From: an uncultured Bacteroidales bacterium
Lineage (GTDB): Bacteria > Bacteroidota > Bacteroidia > Bacteroidales > CAIXZF01
Assembly: GCA_903923925.1 (NCBI GenBank)
Contig: CAIXZF010000070.1
Span: 1-59,018, forward strand
Direction: 5' to 3'
Length of the DNA stretch: 59,018 bases
In this document: one piece after another, positions 1 to 9,464 of the stretch
Position numbering within the stretch: the stretch's first letter is position 1
Layout of the letters: the number at the start of each line of letters is the position of its first letter
Position numbers and translations under genes: made by a program
Notes under the pieces: model-generated
The model's database searches: none
What the model was told of the DNA's origin: nothing
The model's input: the letters and a program-made list of their open reading frames with translations, nothing else

Positions 1-3000
1 AACATAACCTATACTTATACAAACATATATGGTTGTACAAGTTCTGCGACCAATTCAATAAACGTAGTGGCATTGCCAAATGTTACCTGGACAAGCTCGC
101 TGCCTTCACAGTGTGCTTCTGCTACATCATATTCTCTGTCAGGAGGATTACCTGCAGGAGGAACATATTCAGGAACAGCTGTGAACGGAGGTGTTTTCAA
201 CCCTTCGGTTGCCGGAGCCGGTACCTACACACTAACTTATTCATTCAAAGATATCAATAACTGTATTAACGCTGCCACAAATACGATAGTGGTAAACCCA
301 TTGCCAGTGGTTTCTTGTACAGGAACGCTTGCATCACAGTGTGTTTCCGCCACAACTTATACGTTGTCCGGGTGTACTCCTGCCGGAGGAACATACACAG
401 GAACAGGAGTTACAGGCACAAATTTTAATGCGAGTGTTGCAGGTACCGGGTCTTTCGCTATAACCTATACTTTAACAAACAGCAATAATTGTACTTCCTC
501 TGCAACAAACTCTATAACAGTATTTCCTTCGCCAACAGCTCATGCTGCTGCAATTCAGGTATCACTTTGCTCAGGTTCAACAATTCAGTTAATTGGCAGT
601 TCAACTGGTGGTAGCGGATTAGGGTATGCTTATTCATGGTCGGGTCCTAATAACTTTACATCAACTCTACAGAATCCAATAATTATAAATTCACAAGTAA
701 ATAATTCAGGGACATATTTTCTGACAGTTACTGATGGAAATGGATGTACCTCAATAAATAGTTCATCTGTAGCAATAATTATTTTTCCTCTTCCTATAGC
801 CACTGCATCTGCAGCTCAAAATACTGTGTGTGTTGGGTCGACAATTAATTTATTGGGAAGTGCAAGTTCGGGCAGTGGAACAGCTTATACATTTAGTTGG
901 TCGGGAGCAAACGGATTCACTTCAAATTTGCAGAATCCCATTATTAATACAGCAGACCCTGCGTACAGTGGAAGTTATTACCTAACTGTCACTGATGGGA
1001 ATGCTTGCAGTTCAACAAATAGTGCAAATATTATTATTACACTTAATCCTATCCCTGCAGCAGCAGGGGTAATCACCTGTTCTGCATCCGTTTGCCAGGG
1101 GCAATCAGGCGTTGCGGTCAGTGTGCCAGCAATTTTAAATGCTTCTTCCTATGTATGGACATTGCCAATTGGTACAACTGTTATCAGTGGGGCAAACACG
1201 GCTAGTTTAATTGTAAACTTCAGTTCATCGGCTGCGACAGGTTCTCAGACTATAACAGTGAAAGGAAGCAATACTTGTGGTTTTGGACCTATTAGTACCT
1301 ATTATCTGAGTGTAAATCCATTGCCAGGAGCAATAACTTCGATAAGCGGAGCTGTTAGCGTTTGCTCAGGACAAACAGGTGTATCTTATGTAGCCGGGAA
1401 CTCGGCATCAGCCTCCAGTTACATTTGGACGCTTCCAACAGCTACCACAGGTACTTATAATTTAAATCAGGCAATACTAAATTTTGGGACTACATCAGGA
1501 AATATAACAGTAAAGGGCAGTAATTCCTGCGGTGATGGAACTGCATTTACTATTGGTATTACTGTAAATCCAACGCCAGTTATTGTATTTCCGAATTTAG
1601 CACCTGTGTGCTTAAACGCTGCTCCTTTTATGTTGAATGGTGCATCTCCTGCAGGAGGAACATACTCAGGAACTTCTGTGGCAGCAAACATTTTTAATCC
1701 ATCGGTATCCGGCTCAGGTACATTTCCAATAACATACACCTATACCAATGCACAGGCTTGTTCCAGCTCTGCGATAAAAAATCTGACGGTTAATCCACTA
1801 CCAATTGTAGCTCTTGGAAGTTTTAGTGCTGTTTGTGCTGATCATGCTCCAATAACACTGAGTGGAGGAAGTCCTTCAGGAGGTACATACAGTGGTACAG
1901 GAGTATCAGCAAATACCTTTAATCCGGCTGTTTCAGGTCCAGGTAACTTTACGATAACATATTCATATACAAATGCAATTGGTTGTTCAAATTATGCCTA
2001 CAGCACTATTACAGTTTATGCTATTCCTGTTGTTACATGGAATAATTCAAATGTAAGTCAATGCGTTTCCAGTACTTCCTACAGTTTAAGTGGAGGAAGT
2101 CCTGCCGGAGGTACTTATAGTGGTCCTGGCGTAAATGGGACCAATTTTAATGCAGGTATAGCTGGATCCGGAACACATACTTTGACTTATACCTATACAA
2201 ATTCAAATGCTTGCAGAGCTTCAATCACCAATACTATAGTAGTTAACCCTTTGCCAATTGCTAACGCAGGAACAAATCAAACGATTAACATTGGTCAGTG
2301 GACGGTATTAAGCGGAAGTGCCTCAAACGGTTCAGGCAATTATTCTTATCAATGGACACCAAGTGCAATGATTAGTGGACTTTCCAATATTGCAAATCCA
2401 CAAACGCTTAGTTTAAATTCTTCAACCACATTTAGTCTTGTAGTAACTGATTTAAGCACTGGATGTGCCAGCCTGCCATCTCAGGTAACAATAACAGTAG
2501 CGGGAGTTCCATTGAGTGTAACTGCCAATTCGAACCTAACAATAATTTGTAGCGGCAAATCTGTAAATATTAGTGCATTAGCTACTGGCGGAAGTACTAA
2601 TTACACCTATTCATGGAGTTCAGTTCCGGCTGGATTTACATCGACACAAGCAAATATCAATGGAGTTACACCTTTGGGAACTACAACGTATACTGTTGTT
2701 GTAAATGATGGGTTTAACACTGCTACATCTTCTGTTTTAGTGAACGTTAATCCCTTACCAAGTGTTTCGTTTACTGGAGTATTAGCACAACAGTGTATTT
2801 CATCAACTACCTACGCATTAACAGGAGGGTTGCCAGCAAATGGTACCTATTCTGGTACTGGCGTAACAGGAACAAATTTCAATGCCAGTATTGCTGGTAT
2901 TGGTACATTTACATTGACATACACCTTCCTGAACACCACGACCGGATGCACAAATTCCGCAACAAATACGATTACAGTTGTTGCTATACCAGTTGTTACA

Positions 3001-6000
3001 TGGAATACAACATTGCCAGGACAATGTATTAATTCAACTACTTTCCAGCTAACTGGAGGAAATCCGGCTGGTGGTACTTACGGTGGAGCAGGTGTTACTT
3101 CAGGCGTTTTTAATGCGTCAGTTGCAGGAGTTGGAACACATGTTTTAACATATTCATACAAAGATGCAAACAACTGTACCAATTCTGCTACCAAATCGAT
3201 AATTGTTAACTCACTGCCAATTGTAACATTCCCAGGACCATTAACCTCTGTGTGTATTTCAAGTACATCGTATTTGCTCTCCGGAGGAACTCCTTTAGGA
3301 GGAACATATAGCGGAGTGGGAGTAAGCGGCAACAACTTCAATGCAAGTGTAGCAGGTCTTGGTTTAAAATCAATTACGTACTCGTATACTGATGGCAACG
3401 GATGCGTTTCTTCAGTTTCTGCACCAATTACTGTAAATCCATTACCTGTAGTAACATTTACAGGAACAATACCAAACCAATGTTTATCATCGTCAACATA
3501 TACACTAACCGGTGGTAGCCCAACAGCTGGCGTATATAGTGGTGCCGGTGTTACAGGAACTAATTTCAATGCTTCTTTGGCTGGAATCGGAACATCTACA
3601 ATTTCGTTTACCTATACGAATGTTTACGGTTGTACAAATATTGCCACTAATGCAATTCTGGTTGTACCTCTTCCAACAGTGGCCTGGACGAGCTCATTGG
3701 CTTCTCAATGTGCCTATACGACAACCTATAATTTAGCGGGTGCAACTCCTATTGGTGGCACATATTCTGGCAATGGTGTTTCATTTGGTATTTTTAATCC
3801 GTCGACTGCCGGAGTGGGAACACATACCATGACTTATACCTACACAAATTTGGATGGTTGTACTTCATCCGTTACAAATACAATAGTTGTAAATCCACTG
3901 CCAACTGTATCATTTGCCGGCACTCTTGTTACGCAATGTGAATCGTCGACAACTTATGCCTTAACAGGCGGCTCTCCTGGCGGGGGACTTTATTCCGGTA
4001 CTGGAGTTTCTTCATCAAATTTTAATGCAAGTATTGCCGGGGCTGGTAACTTTTCACTAATCTACAGCTATACTAATCCGGCAACCGGATGTACAGGGTC
4101 AGCATCAAATACAATTCAAGTTAATCCATTGCCTGCTACTCCAGGAACAATTACCGGTCCTTCAACATTTTGCAAGGGTTCAACTCAAACATATTCGGTT
4201 GGAACTATTGCGAATGCACTTACCTATTTATGGACTGTTCCAACAGGAGCAACAATTACAACAGGATCAACTACAAATACAATTTCAGTAACATTCAGCT
4301 CAAATGCAATTAGCGGAGCAATTACCGTTAGAGGTGTAAACGCTTGTGGAAATGGACCTTTAAGCCAGGCCAGGAATGTAACTGTAAATAATATTCCAAT
4401 TGCCAATGCAGGAGCGGATCAGAATATAACAATCGGATCAACTGCTACTTTAAATGGCAGTGCAAGTTCAGGAACAGGTAGTTACTTCTATTCATGGTCT
4501 CCTTCAGCATCATTAAATAATTCAAATATCCAGAACCCAACAACAATTTCTCTTACAAACTCAATACAATATTGTTTAACTGTAACGGATGCATCAACAG
4601 CTTGTGTCAGTGCAGCAGATTGCATGATGGTTAATGTTAATGGTACACCATTGCAAATACTTGGCATTACAACAATTCCCAATCCTGCAACGATATGTAT
4701 TGGTGGTAGCTTACAATTAAATGCAACTGTAATAGGAGGTACTCAAAGTTATACCTACCTATGGGTATCAAATCCTGCTGGATTTACTTCAACTTTTTCT
4801 AATCCAGTTGTAACACCAACTTCTACTACAATATACACACTCTCTGTTTTTGATGGAATAAATACCGTTTCAAGTATAAAAACTGTAACTGTTAATCCAC
4901 TTCCTGCTATTGCCTTCCCGTCGCTGACTCAAATCTGCGTTAATGCTGCTCCTATTATTTTAAACACAGCAATACCAGCAGGTGGAAGCTATTCAGGAAT
5001 TGGAGTAAATGCAAACAGCTTTAGTCCCTCAGTTTCAGGAGTAGGCACCTTCCCAATAACCTATACTTACTTCAGCCCAACAACAGGATGTACAAATACA
5101 GCTACTAAAAATCAAGCGGTTAATCCTCAACCAACTGTAAGCTGGACCACAATTCTGCCAGGTAAATGTATTTCTGACACCGCCTTTCTATTGAATGGTG
5201 GGCTCCCTGTTGGTGGGACTTATGCCGGAAATGGTGTTGTGGCAGGAAAATTCAATCCATCTTCAGCTGGTACCGGAGTGCATACAATCAACTACATTTA
5301 TTCAGACATCAATGGATGTACAAAAACTGTTTCCAACACAATTACAGTTAATGCATTGCCGGCAGTAAGTTTTTCAGGAAACCTTACCCCTCAGTGTATC
5401 AGTTCAACAGCATATGCATTATCAGGTGGTTTGCCTTTGGGAGGAACTTACTCAGGAGCAGGTGTAAATAGTGTTTCAGGTGGATTTAATGCTAATATTG
5501 GGGGGCCTGGAATTCATACGATTACGTACACTTATACTAACAATAATGGATGTACCAATGCCGCAAGTAATACGATAAATGTTGTTCCCTTGCCAATGTA
5601 TAGTGTTAATAATGACACTTCAATTATGCCCGGAGCAACTGCCACATTATCAGTGACAAATATTTCAGGTAACGGACCGTTCACCTATCTCTGGAGCAAT
5701 GGATCAGCAAATTCTTCAATCCAGGTTTCTCCGAATTCAATAACGACATATTCAGTGACAGTAGATGATAATAATGGTTGTTCAAGAACCGATGAGGTAA
5801 CAGTAGATGTGAATGTAAGCAATGAGCTAACAATTTTACTTCCGAATTTAGCGAGTTGTTCCGGAAACGTAATATATCCAATTATAGTAAATAGTTTTAA
5901 TAATGTGGCTTCCATTTCCCTGACAATTAAATACAATAATCAATTTATTACTTATTCAGGTTATTCGAATCCATATTCAGTGCTTTCAAATGGGACATTA

Positions 6001-7380
6001 ATTGTTAATTCTACGAATACTTCTATTCAAATTGGATGGTTCTCGTTTACTCCGATTAGCATTTCTGAAGGAACATTGCTTGATTTAAATTTAATAGCCG
6101 CCCAAGGTACTTCTAATCTCGAATGGGATTTAGTTACACCAGGAGCATGTTATATAACAGATTTCAATGGTAACCAAATACCATTAATCAGTGAAAATGG
6201 ATCAATTACTACCCTGAGCTGTTCAACTGTTCAAGGCGTTTTCTCCTATGATAACCTGGTTTCAACACCACTAAGTAACTGTCAGGTTGAAGTAATCAGA
6301 GATACCGAATCAACTACAAAGGCAGTTACGAATAGTGCCGGGCAATTCAATTTTGGCAATCTGCCCGACGGAATCCACATTATCAATCCTTCTTGTCATA
6401 AGCCAGTTGGAGGTATAAATTCTACCGACGCATTATTAATACTAAAGCACTTTGTTAATTATATCACCTTAAGCGGGTGGAAGCTGAAAGCAGCAGATGT
6501 TGATGCAACTCATTTTATTAATGCAGCAGATGCCCTTATGATTGCAAAACGTTTTGTTGGATATATCAGTACATTTCCTGCCGGGGATTGGCTATGTGAA
6601 AAAGATACAATTAATGTAGCTGGTCCAACTACTATAACATCAAATCTCAAGGCTATCTGTTTTGGTGATGTTGATGGATCTTATGTTCCTCCTGCAAAAC
6701 TGGAGCCTGAAGTTTTCCTTATTGAAGAAGGAGAGCAAACGATTGCTTCGCTTGATTTAGTTGAAATTCCATTCAGAATAAGCGAGCCTGCCGATATTGG
6801 AGCAGTTTCATTAGTCATGAATATTGATCAAAATGTTGCTAAACTCCGGAATGTTAAAATGAATCAGGATGGAGAACTCTTGTATAATGTGATTGATAAT
6901 GAAGTCCGTATTTCCTGGTACAGTTTGATTCCGTTGCATTTAAATGCAGATGATGTGCTATTTTCTTTGGTATTGGAGCTGAATTCAAAAGCATTGAAGA
7001 ACAGTAATTCTGAATGGTTAAGTATATATGCCGGAAGCCAGATTGCAGATGCAGATGGGATTTTACTAAGAGGAGTTACCCTAAGCAGGCCAAGCTTAAA
7101 GCTGAATCAGAATGTTGCATGGCTCGGCCAGAATATCCCGAATCCCTTCTATGGGTTTACAACAATCCCATTCTATATACCAGAGAAAGCTGAAATGCGG
7201 CTTGTTGTAACGGATATGTTGGGACAAAAGGTATTTGCTTCAGAGAAACAACAATATGAGGCTGGAAATCAGGAGATCAATATCAAGGTTAATTTGCTGC
7301 CTGGAGTTTACATTTATCAGATTGAAGTTAATGGTTTGCAAGAGAATATCAATTTAAGCAGGAGGATGGTAGTAGAGTAA
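1..7380 (+). CDS. Giant secreted cell-surface protein, 5'-truncated by the window edge, exported by T9SS via a type A C-terminal domain. Built from more than 15 tandem ~90-aa Cys-containing Ig-like repeats plus PKD-like repeats, then two cohesin-like modules, a carboxypeptidase-regulatory-like beta-sandwich, and a dockerin-like module.
   Basis: The reading frame is open from nucleotide 1; the ORF-track 'start' at 67 is a GTG inside the repeat array. The repeat motif 'LP.V.W....QC.S.T.Y.L.GG.P.GGTYSG.GV....FN.S.AG.GT..ITYTYTN..GC..SATN.I.V' recurs throughout. PKD-like units have the form 'ANAG.DQ.I..GS...L.GSAS.GSG.Y.Y.WSP...NP....P..TT.Y.LTVTD...C'. The C-terminus 'NIPNPFYGFTTIPFYIPEKAEMRLVVTDMLGQKV...GVYIYQIEVNG' matches the Por_Secre_tail/T9SS type A CTD pattern. 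Confidence 0.85.
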   Translation, partial: NITYTYTNIYGCTSSATNSINVVALPNVTWTSSLPSQCASATSYSLSGGLPAGGTYSGTAVNGGVFNPSVAGAGTYTLTYSFKDINNCINAATNTIVVNPLPVVSCTGTLASQCVSATTYTLSGCTPAGGTYTGTGVTGTNFNASVAGTGSFAITYTLTNSNNCTSSATNSITVFPSPTAHAAAIQVSLCSGSTIQLIGSSTGGSGLGYAYSWSGPNNFTSTLQNPIIINSQVNNSGTYFLTVTDGNGCTSINSSSVAIIIFPLPIATASAAQNTVCVGSTINLLGSASSGSGTAYTFSWSGANGFTSNLQNPIINTADPAYSGSYYLTVTDGNACSSTNSANIIITLNPIPAAAGVITCSASVCQGQSGVAVSVPAILNASSYVWTLPIGTTVISGANTASLIVNFSSSAATGSQTITVKGSNTCGFGPISTYYLSVNPLPGAITSISGAVSVCSGQTGVSYVAGNSASASSYIWTLPTATTGTYNLNQAILNFGTTSGNITVKGSNSCGDGTAFTIGITVNPTPVIVFPNLAPVCLNAAPFMLNGASPAGGTYSGTSVAANIFNPSVSGSGTFPITYTYTNAQACSSSAIKNLTVNPLPIVALGSFSAVCADHAPITLSGGSPSGGTYSGTGVSANTFNPAVSGPGNFTITYSYTNAIGCSNYAYSTITVYAIPVVTWNNSNVSQCVSSTSYSLSGGSPAGGTYSGPGVNGTNFNAGIAGSGTHTLTYTYTNSNACRASITNTIVVNPLPIANAGTNQTINIGQWTVLSGSASNGSGNYSYQWTPSAMISGLSNIANPQTLSLNSSTTFSLVVTDLSTGCASLPSQVTITVAGVPLSVTANSNLTIICSGKSVNISALATGGSTNYTYSWSSVPAGFTSTQANINGVTPLGTTTYTVVVNDGFNTATSSVLVNVNPLPSVSFTGVLAQQCISSTTYALTGGLPANGTYSGTGVTGTNFNASIAGIGTFTLTYTFLNTTTGCTNSATNTITVVAIPVVTWNTTLPGQCINSTTFQLTGGNPAGGTYGGAGVTSGVFNASVAGVGTHVLTYSYKDANNCTNSATKSIIVNSLPIVTFPGPLTSVCISSTSYLLSGGTPLGGTYSGVGVSGNNFNASVAGLGLKSITYSYTDGNGCVSSVSAPITVNPLPVVTFTGTIPNQCLSSSTYTLTGGSPTAGVYSGAGVTGTNFNASLAGIGTSTISFTYTNVYGCTNIATNAILVVPLPTVAWTSSLASQCAYTTTYNLAGATPIGGTYSGNGVSFGIFNPSTAGVGTHTMTYTYTNLDGCTSSVTNTIVVNPLPTVSFAGTLVTQCESSTTYALTGGSPGGGLYSGTGVSSSNFNASIAGAGNFSLIYSYTNPATGCTGSASNTIQVNPLPATPGTITGPSTFCKGSTQTYSVGTIANALTYLWTVPTGATITTGSTTNTISVTFSSNAISGAITVRGVNACGNGPLSQARNVTVNNIPIANAGADQNITIGSTATLNGSASSGTGSYFYSWSPSASLNNSNIQNPTTISLTNSIQYCLTVTDASTACVSAADCMMVNVNGTPLQILGITTIPNPATICIGGSLQLNATVIGGTQSYTYLWVSNPAGFTSTFSNPVVTPTSTTIYTLSVFDGINTVSSIKTVTVNPLPAIAFPSLTQICVNAAPIILNTAIPAGGSYSGIGVNANSFSPSVSGVGTFPITYTYFSPTTGCTNTATKNQAVNPQPTVSWTTILPGKCISDTAFLLNGGLPVGGTYAGNGVVAGKFNPSSAGTGVHTINYIYSDINGCTKTVSNTITVNALPAVSFSGNLTPQCISSTAYALSGGLPLGGTYSGAGVNSVSGGFNANIGGPGIHTITYTYTNNNGCTNAASNTINVVPLPMYSVNNDTSIMPGATATLSVTNISGNGPFTYLWSNGSANSSIQVSPNSITTYSVTVDDNNGCSRTDEVTVDVNVSNELTILLPNLASCSGNVIYPIIVNSFNNVASISLTIKYNNQFITYSGYSNPYSVLSNGTLIVNSTNTSIQIGWFSFTPISISEGTLLDLNLIAAQGTSNLEWDLVTPGACYITDFNGNQIPLISENGSITTLSCSTVQGVFSYDNLVSTPLSNCQVEVIRDTESTTKAVTNSAGQFNFGNLPDGIHIINPSCHKPVGGINSTDALLILKHFVNYITLSGWKLKAADVDATHFINAADALMIAKRFVGYISTFPAGDWLCEKDTINVAGPTTITSNLKAICFGDVDGSYVPPAKLEPEVFLIEEGEQTIASLDLVEIPFRISEPADIGAVSLVMNIDQNVAKLRNVKMNQDGELLYNVIDNEVRISWYSLIPLHLNADDVLFSLVLELNSKALKNSNSEWLSIYAGSQIADADGILLRGVTLSRPSLKLNQNVAWLGQNIPNPFYGFTTIPFYIPEKAEMRLVVTDMLGQKVFASEKQQYEAGNQEINIKVNLLPGVYIYQIEVNGLQENINLSRRMVVE
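5821..6220 (+). other. Cohesin-like beta-sandwich module 1 within the giant protein
   Basis: 'NELTILLPNLASCSGNVIYPIIVNSFNNVASISLTIKYNNQFITYSG...' follows the cohesin-like pattern G..V.VP......I..L...YD...L. Tentative; no HMM was run. Confidence 0.35.
6409..6591 (+). other. Dockerin-like module with duplicated F-hand-like helices
   Basis: 'GGINSTDALLILKHFVNY...AADVDATHFINAADALMIAKRFVGY' shows two repeats, 'INSTDALLILKHFV' and 'INAADALMIAKRFV'. These resemble dockerin type I 'VNSTDLTLLKRYVL'. The Ca-loop Asp/Asn positions are only partly conserved. Confidence 0.5.
6733..6990 (+). other. Cohesin-like beta-sandwich module 2
   Basis: 'EQTIASLDLVEIPFRISEPADIGAVSLVMNIDQNVAKLRNVKMNQDGELLYNVIDNEVRISWYSL'. 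Confidence 0.35.
7129..7377 (+). other. T9SS type A C-terminal sorting domain
   Basis: 'QNIPNPFYGFTTIPFYIPEKAEMRLVVTDMLGQKVFASEKQQYEAGNQEINIKVNLLPGVYIYQIEVNGL'. Confidence 0.75.
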
Positions 7381-7513
7381 AGTTAATTTTATCAGAGGCT
7401 AAAGCCTGCCTCTGGTCACATATCCAATGAGATGTGAATTAACAAGCAATTTACTGAAACAGAACCAAAATAAAATGAAGACTTAGCATGATTTTTGGTG
7501 CTTTTGGTACTGT

Positions 7514-9253
7514 ATGCAAAAAAAATTGGTGCTTTTCTTTAGTTTTTTGACTATCATTTCTGGCGTCTACTCCCAGCAGGAGTCTGCTGTTCTGCGCATG
7601 TATAAAGAAGCAGATCTGGTTTTTCGTGTCAGAATTGCTGCAACTTCACTTTCCGAAACTCCTTACTTTACGCACGATTTGGGTACAGAGTGGTATTCCT
7701 TTCATTTTTCAATAGTACATAAATACAAACAAAGAACATCGAGTGCTGACAGTAATTTTCTTTTGCCTCATTTTTACAATGCTCCTCCAATTAGCGATAG
7801 TATTAAACCCGGGAAGGAGTACATTGTATTTCTGAAAGCTGACAGGCCAGCCGATGGATATTCGAATCAGCCTTCTGATTTTTCAGGCTACCAGGTAATC
7901 CTTAAGGATGGTCTTGTAATGTATTCAGATACATGGGATAAAAAACTGAAAGGACTTTTAAAGGAAACCTCATTTGACAGGGCTGTTTATGCTTGTTATT
8001 GGAAAGCTGTTAGGCGGAAAATTCATAGCATAATCAGAAAAGAAGCTTTTGTTCACGGCAGGAACACGAATACTTCAATGCAGCATCTAAACAGCTGGCT
8101 AGCTTCTCATCAGACTGTTGATGCCTTGCATGGAGATTCTTGCGGGATTCATATTGATATTTATCCTGGCTGGGTGGATGAGGGTATTCGGTTTCTTACA
8201 TCTTCAGGGCCAATCGAAAAACAGATGACAATTGGACTTGGGAAAGTAAGAAAATGGGGCTTTCTTTATCACTGGGTGGGTTTGCATTCTTCTTGTGATA
8301 AATTGATTTTCAGAGGTTTGTGGGATTCGCCCGGAGTATTGGAAGCATTTCGGAAAAATTGTCTGGACTTCAGGTTTCAAAGGATAAGCAATTGGAAAAG
8401 CCAAAAGGATATTGAAATTTCTACTGTACATTTTTACGATACAATTACGCCTGTTTCAATGACAAGTCCACTGATCCGGATAAAAGTGAAGCTGCTTAAC
8501 AGGTCGGCTGGTCCTTTGAATGTTCTCTGGCCCGACAAACAGGATGATGGATGGGAGATCTTTCTCTTTCGGATGCTGGAGAAAGAGGGGGGATTCTGCA
8601 AAGAAGATGGCGAATTTCTCGAAATGCCTCCCTTAACTTCCATTGGTCCGTCGATGGTCAGGCTGATGCCAGGAGATTCTCTGGTTGGCTGGCATAGTTT
8701 TAATGATCCTTTTTGTTGCGATACTGATCCCACAGCCTGCCATGACCTTTCAGCTCTTACTGAGGGGGACTGGAAAACAGGACTAGTTTACAAACCTATG
8801 ATTTCTGCAGGTGATACCAGTGTTTACTGGAACCCTGAAGGTGGTAGCCGGATTTTATGGAACAATAGGTCAATCCACATTAATTCAGTAAAAGAGGCAA
8901 AACAGATGACCGTCAGAGCCAGGTTACTCGAGAAGACTGGCGATTACTTGAATTACCACGGACAAAGAGGCCGGTATGATGCCCTGGTGGCAGTTATTGA
9001 GGTTCCCGGAGATTGTCCATTCAAACAAGGAGATACAATTGCCTGCCGTTTTCCTGTAAATATCCATTATTTATTGAGGTTGGCTGAATCCCGGCCCGCA
9101 ATGAATGCCGAATTAATGACAGCTGGTGATATGCTGGAAATTGATTTCCTGGCAAATTATCCTCCGGATGAATTCAACTTAAAATCAGGCCAAAGTATAA
9201 AAAATTATCTGCTTCTGAATTCTATGAATACACTGCGGTTTATCGAGAGGTAA
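7514..9253 (+). CDS. Secreted protein of unknown function, 579 aa, Trp/Cys-rich
   Basis: ATG start. N-terminal signal peptide 'MQKKLVLFFSFLTIISGVYSQQ'. No recognizable catalytic motif and no T9SS CTD. Confidence 0.7.
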   Translation: MQKKLVLFFSFLTIISGVYSQQESAVLRMYKEADLVFRVRIAATSLSETPYFTHDLGTEWYSFHFSIVHKYKQRTSSADSNFLLPHFYNAPPISDSIKPGKEYIVFLKADRPADGYSNQPSDFSGYQVILKDGLVMYSDTWDKKLKGLLKETSFDRAVYACYWKAVRRKIHSIIRKEAFVHGRNTNTSMQHLNSWLASHQTVDALHGDSCGIHIDIYPGWVDEGIRFLTSSGPIEKQMTIGLGKVRKWGFLYHWVGLHSSCDKLIFRGLWDSPGVLEAFRKNCLDFRFQRISNWKSQKDIEISTVHFYDTITPVSMTSPLIRIKVKLLNRSAGPLNVLWPDKQDDGWEIFLFRMLEKEGGFCKEDGEFLEMPPLTSIGPSMVRLMPGDSLVGWHSFNDPFCCDTDPTACHDLSALTEGDWKTGLVYKPMISAGDTSVYWNPEGGSRILWNNRSIHINSVKEAKQMTVRARLLEKTGDYLNYHGQRGRYDALVAVIEVPGDCPFKQGDTIACRFPVNIHYLLRLAESRPAMNAELMTAGDMLEIDFLANYPPDEFNLKSGQSIKNYLLLNSMNTLRFIER

Positions 9254-9464
9254 TGATGGCAGGTAAATTTATTTGTAGTGGCTGATTTGCGCAAAATTGC
9301 TGCTATTTCGATAGAAATCAACCTACTATAGATTCATATATATATATCTTTGAAATTATCTTGACTTTTAGGTATTTTTAGTGTACTATTGTGGAATCAA
9401 TCCCAAATTGAGACACCTCTCTTGCTATGAGATTTTATAAGATATTTATATAAAAACTTAGTAT

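Noticed and set aside
1467-5936. Several minus-strand ORFs (60-163 aa) inside the giant plus-strand repeat protein
   Set aside because: Same repeat-driven artefact as the previous entry. Their translations are low-complexity mirror images of the Gly/Thr-rich repeats.
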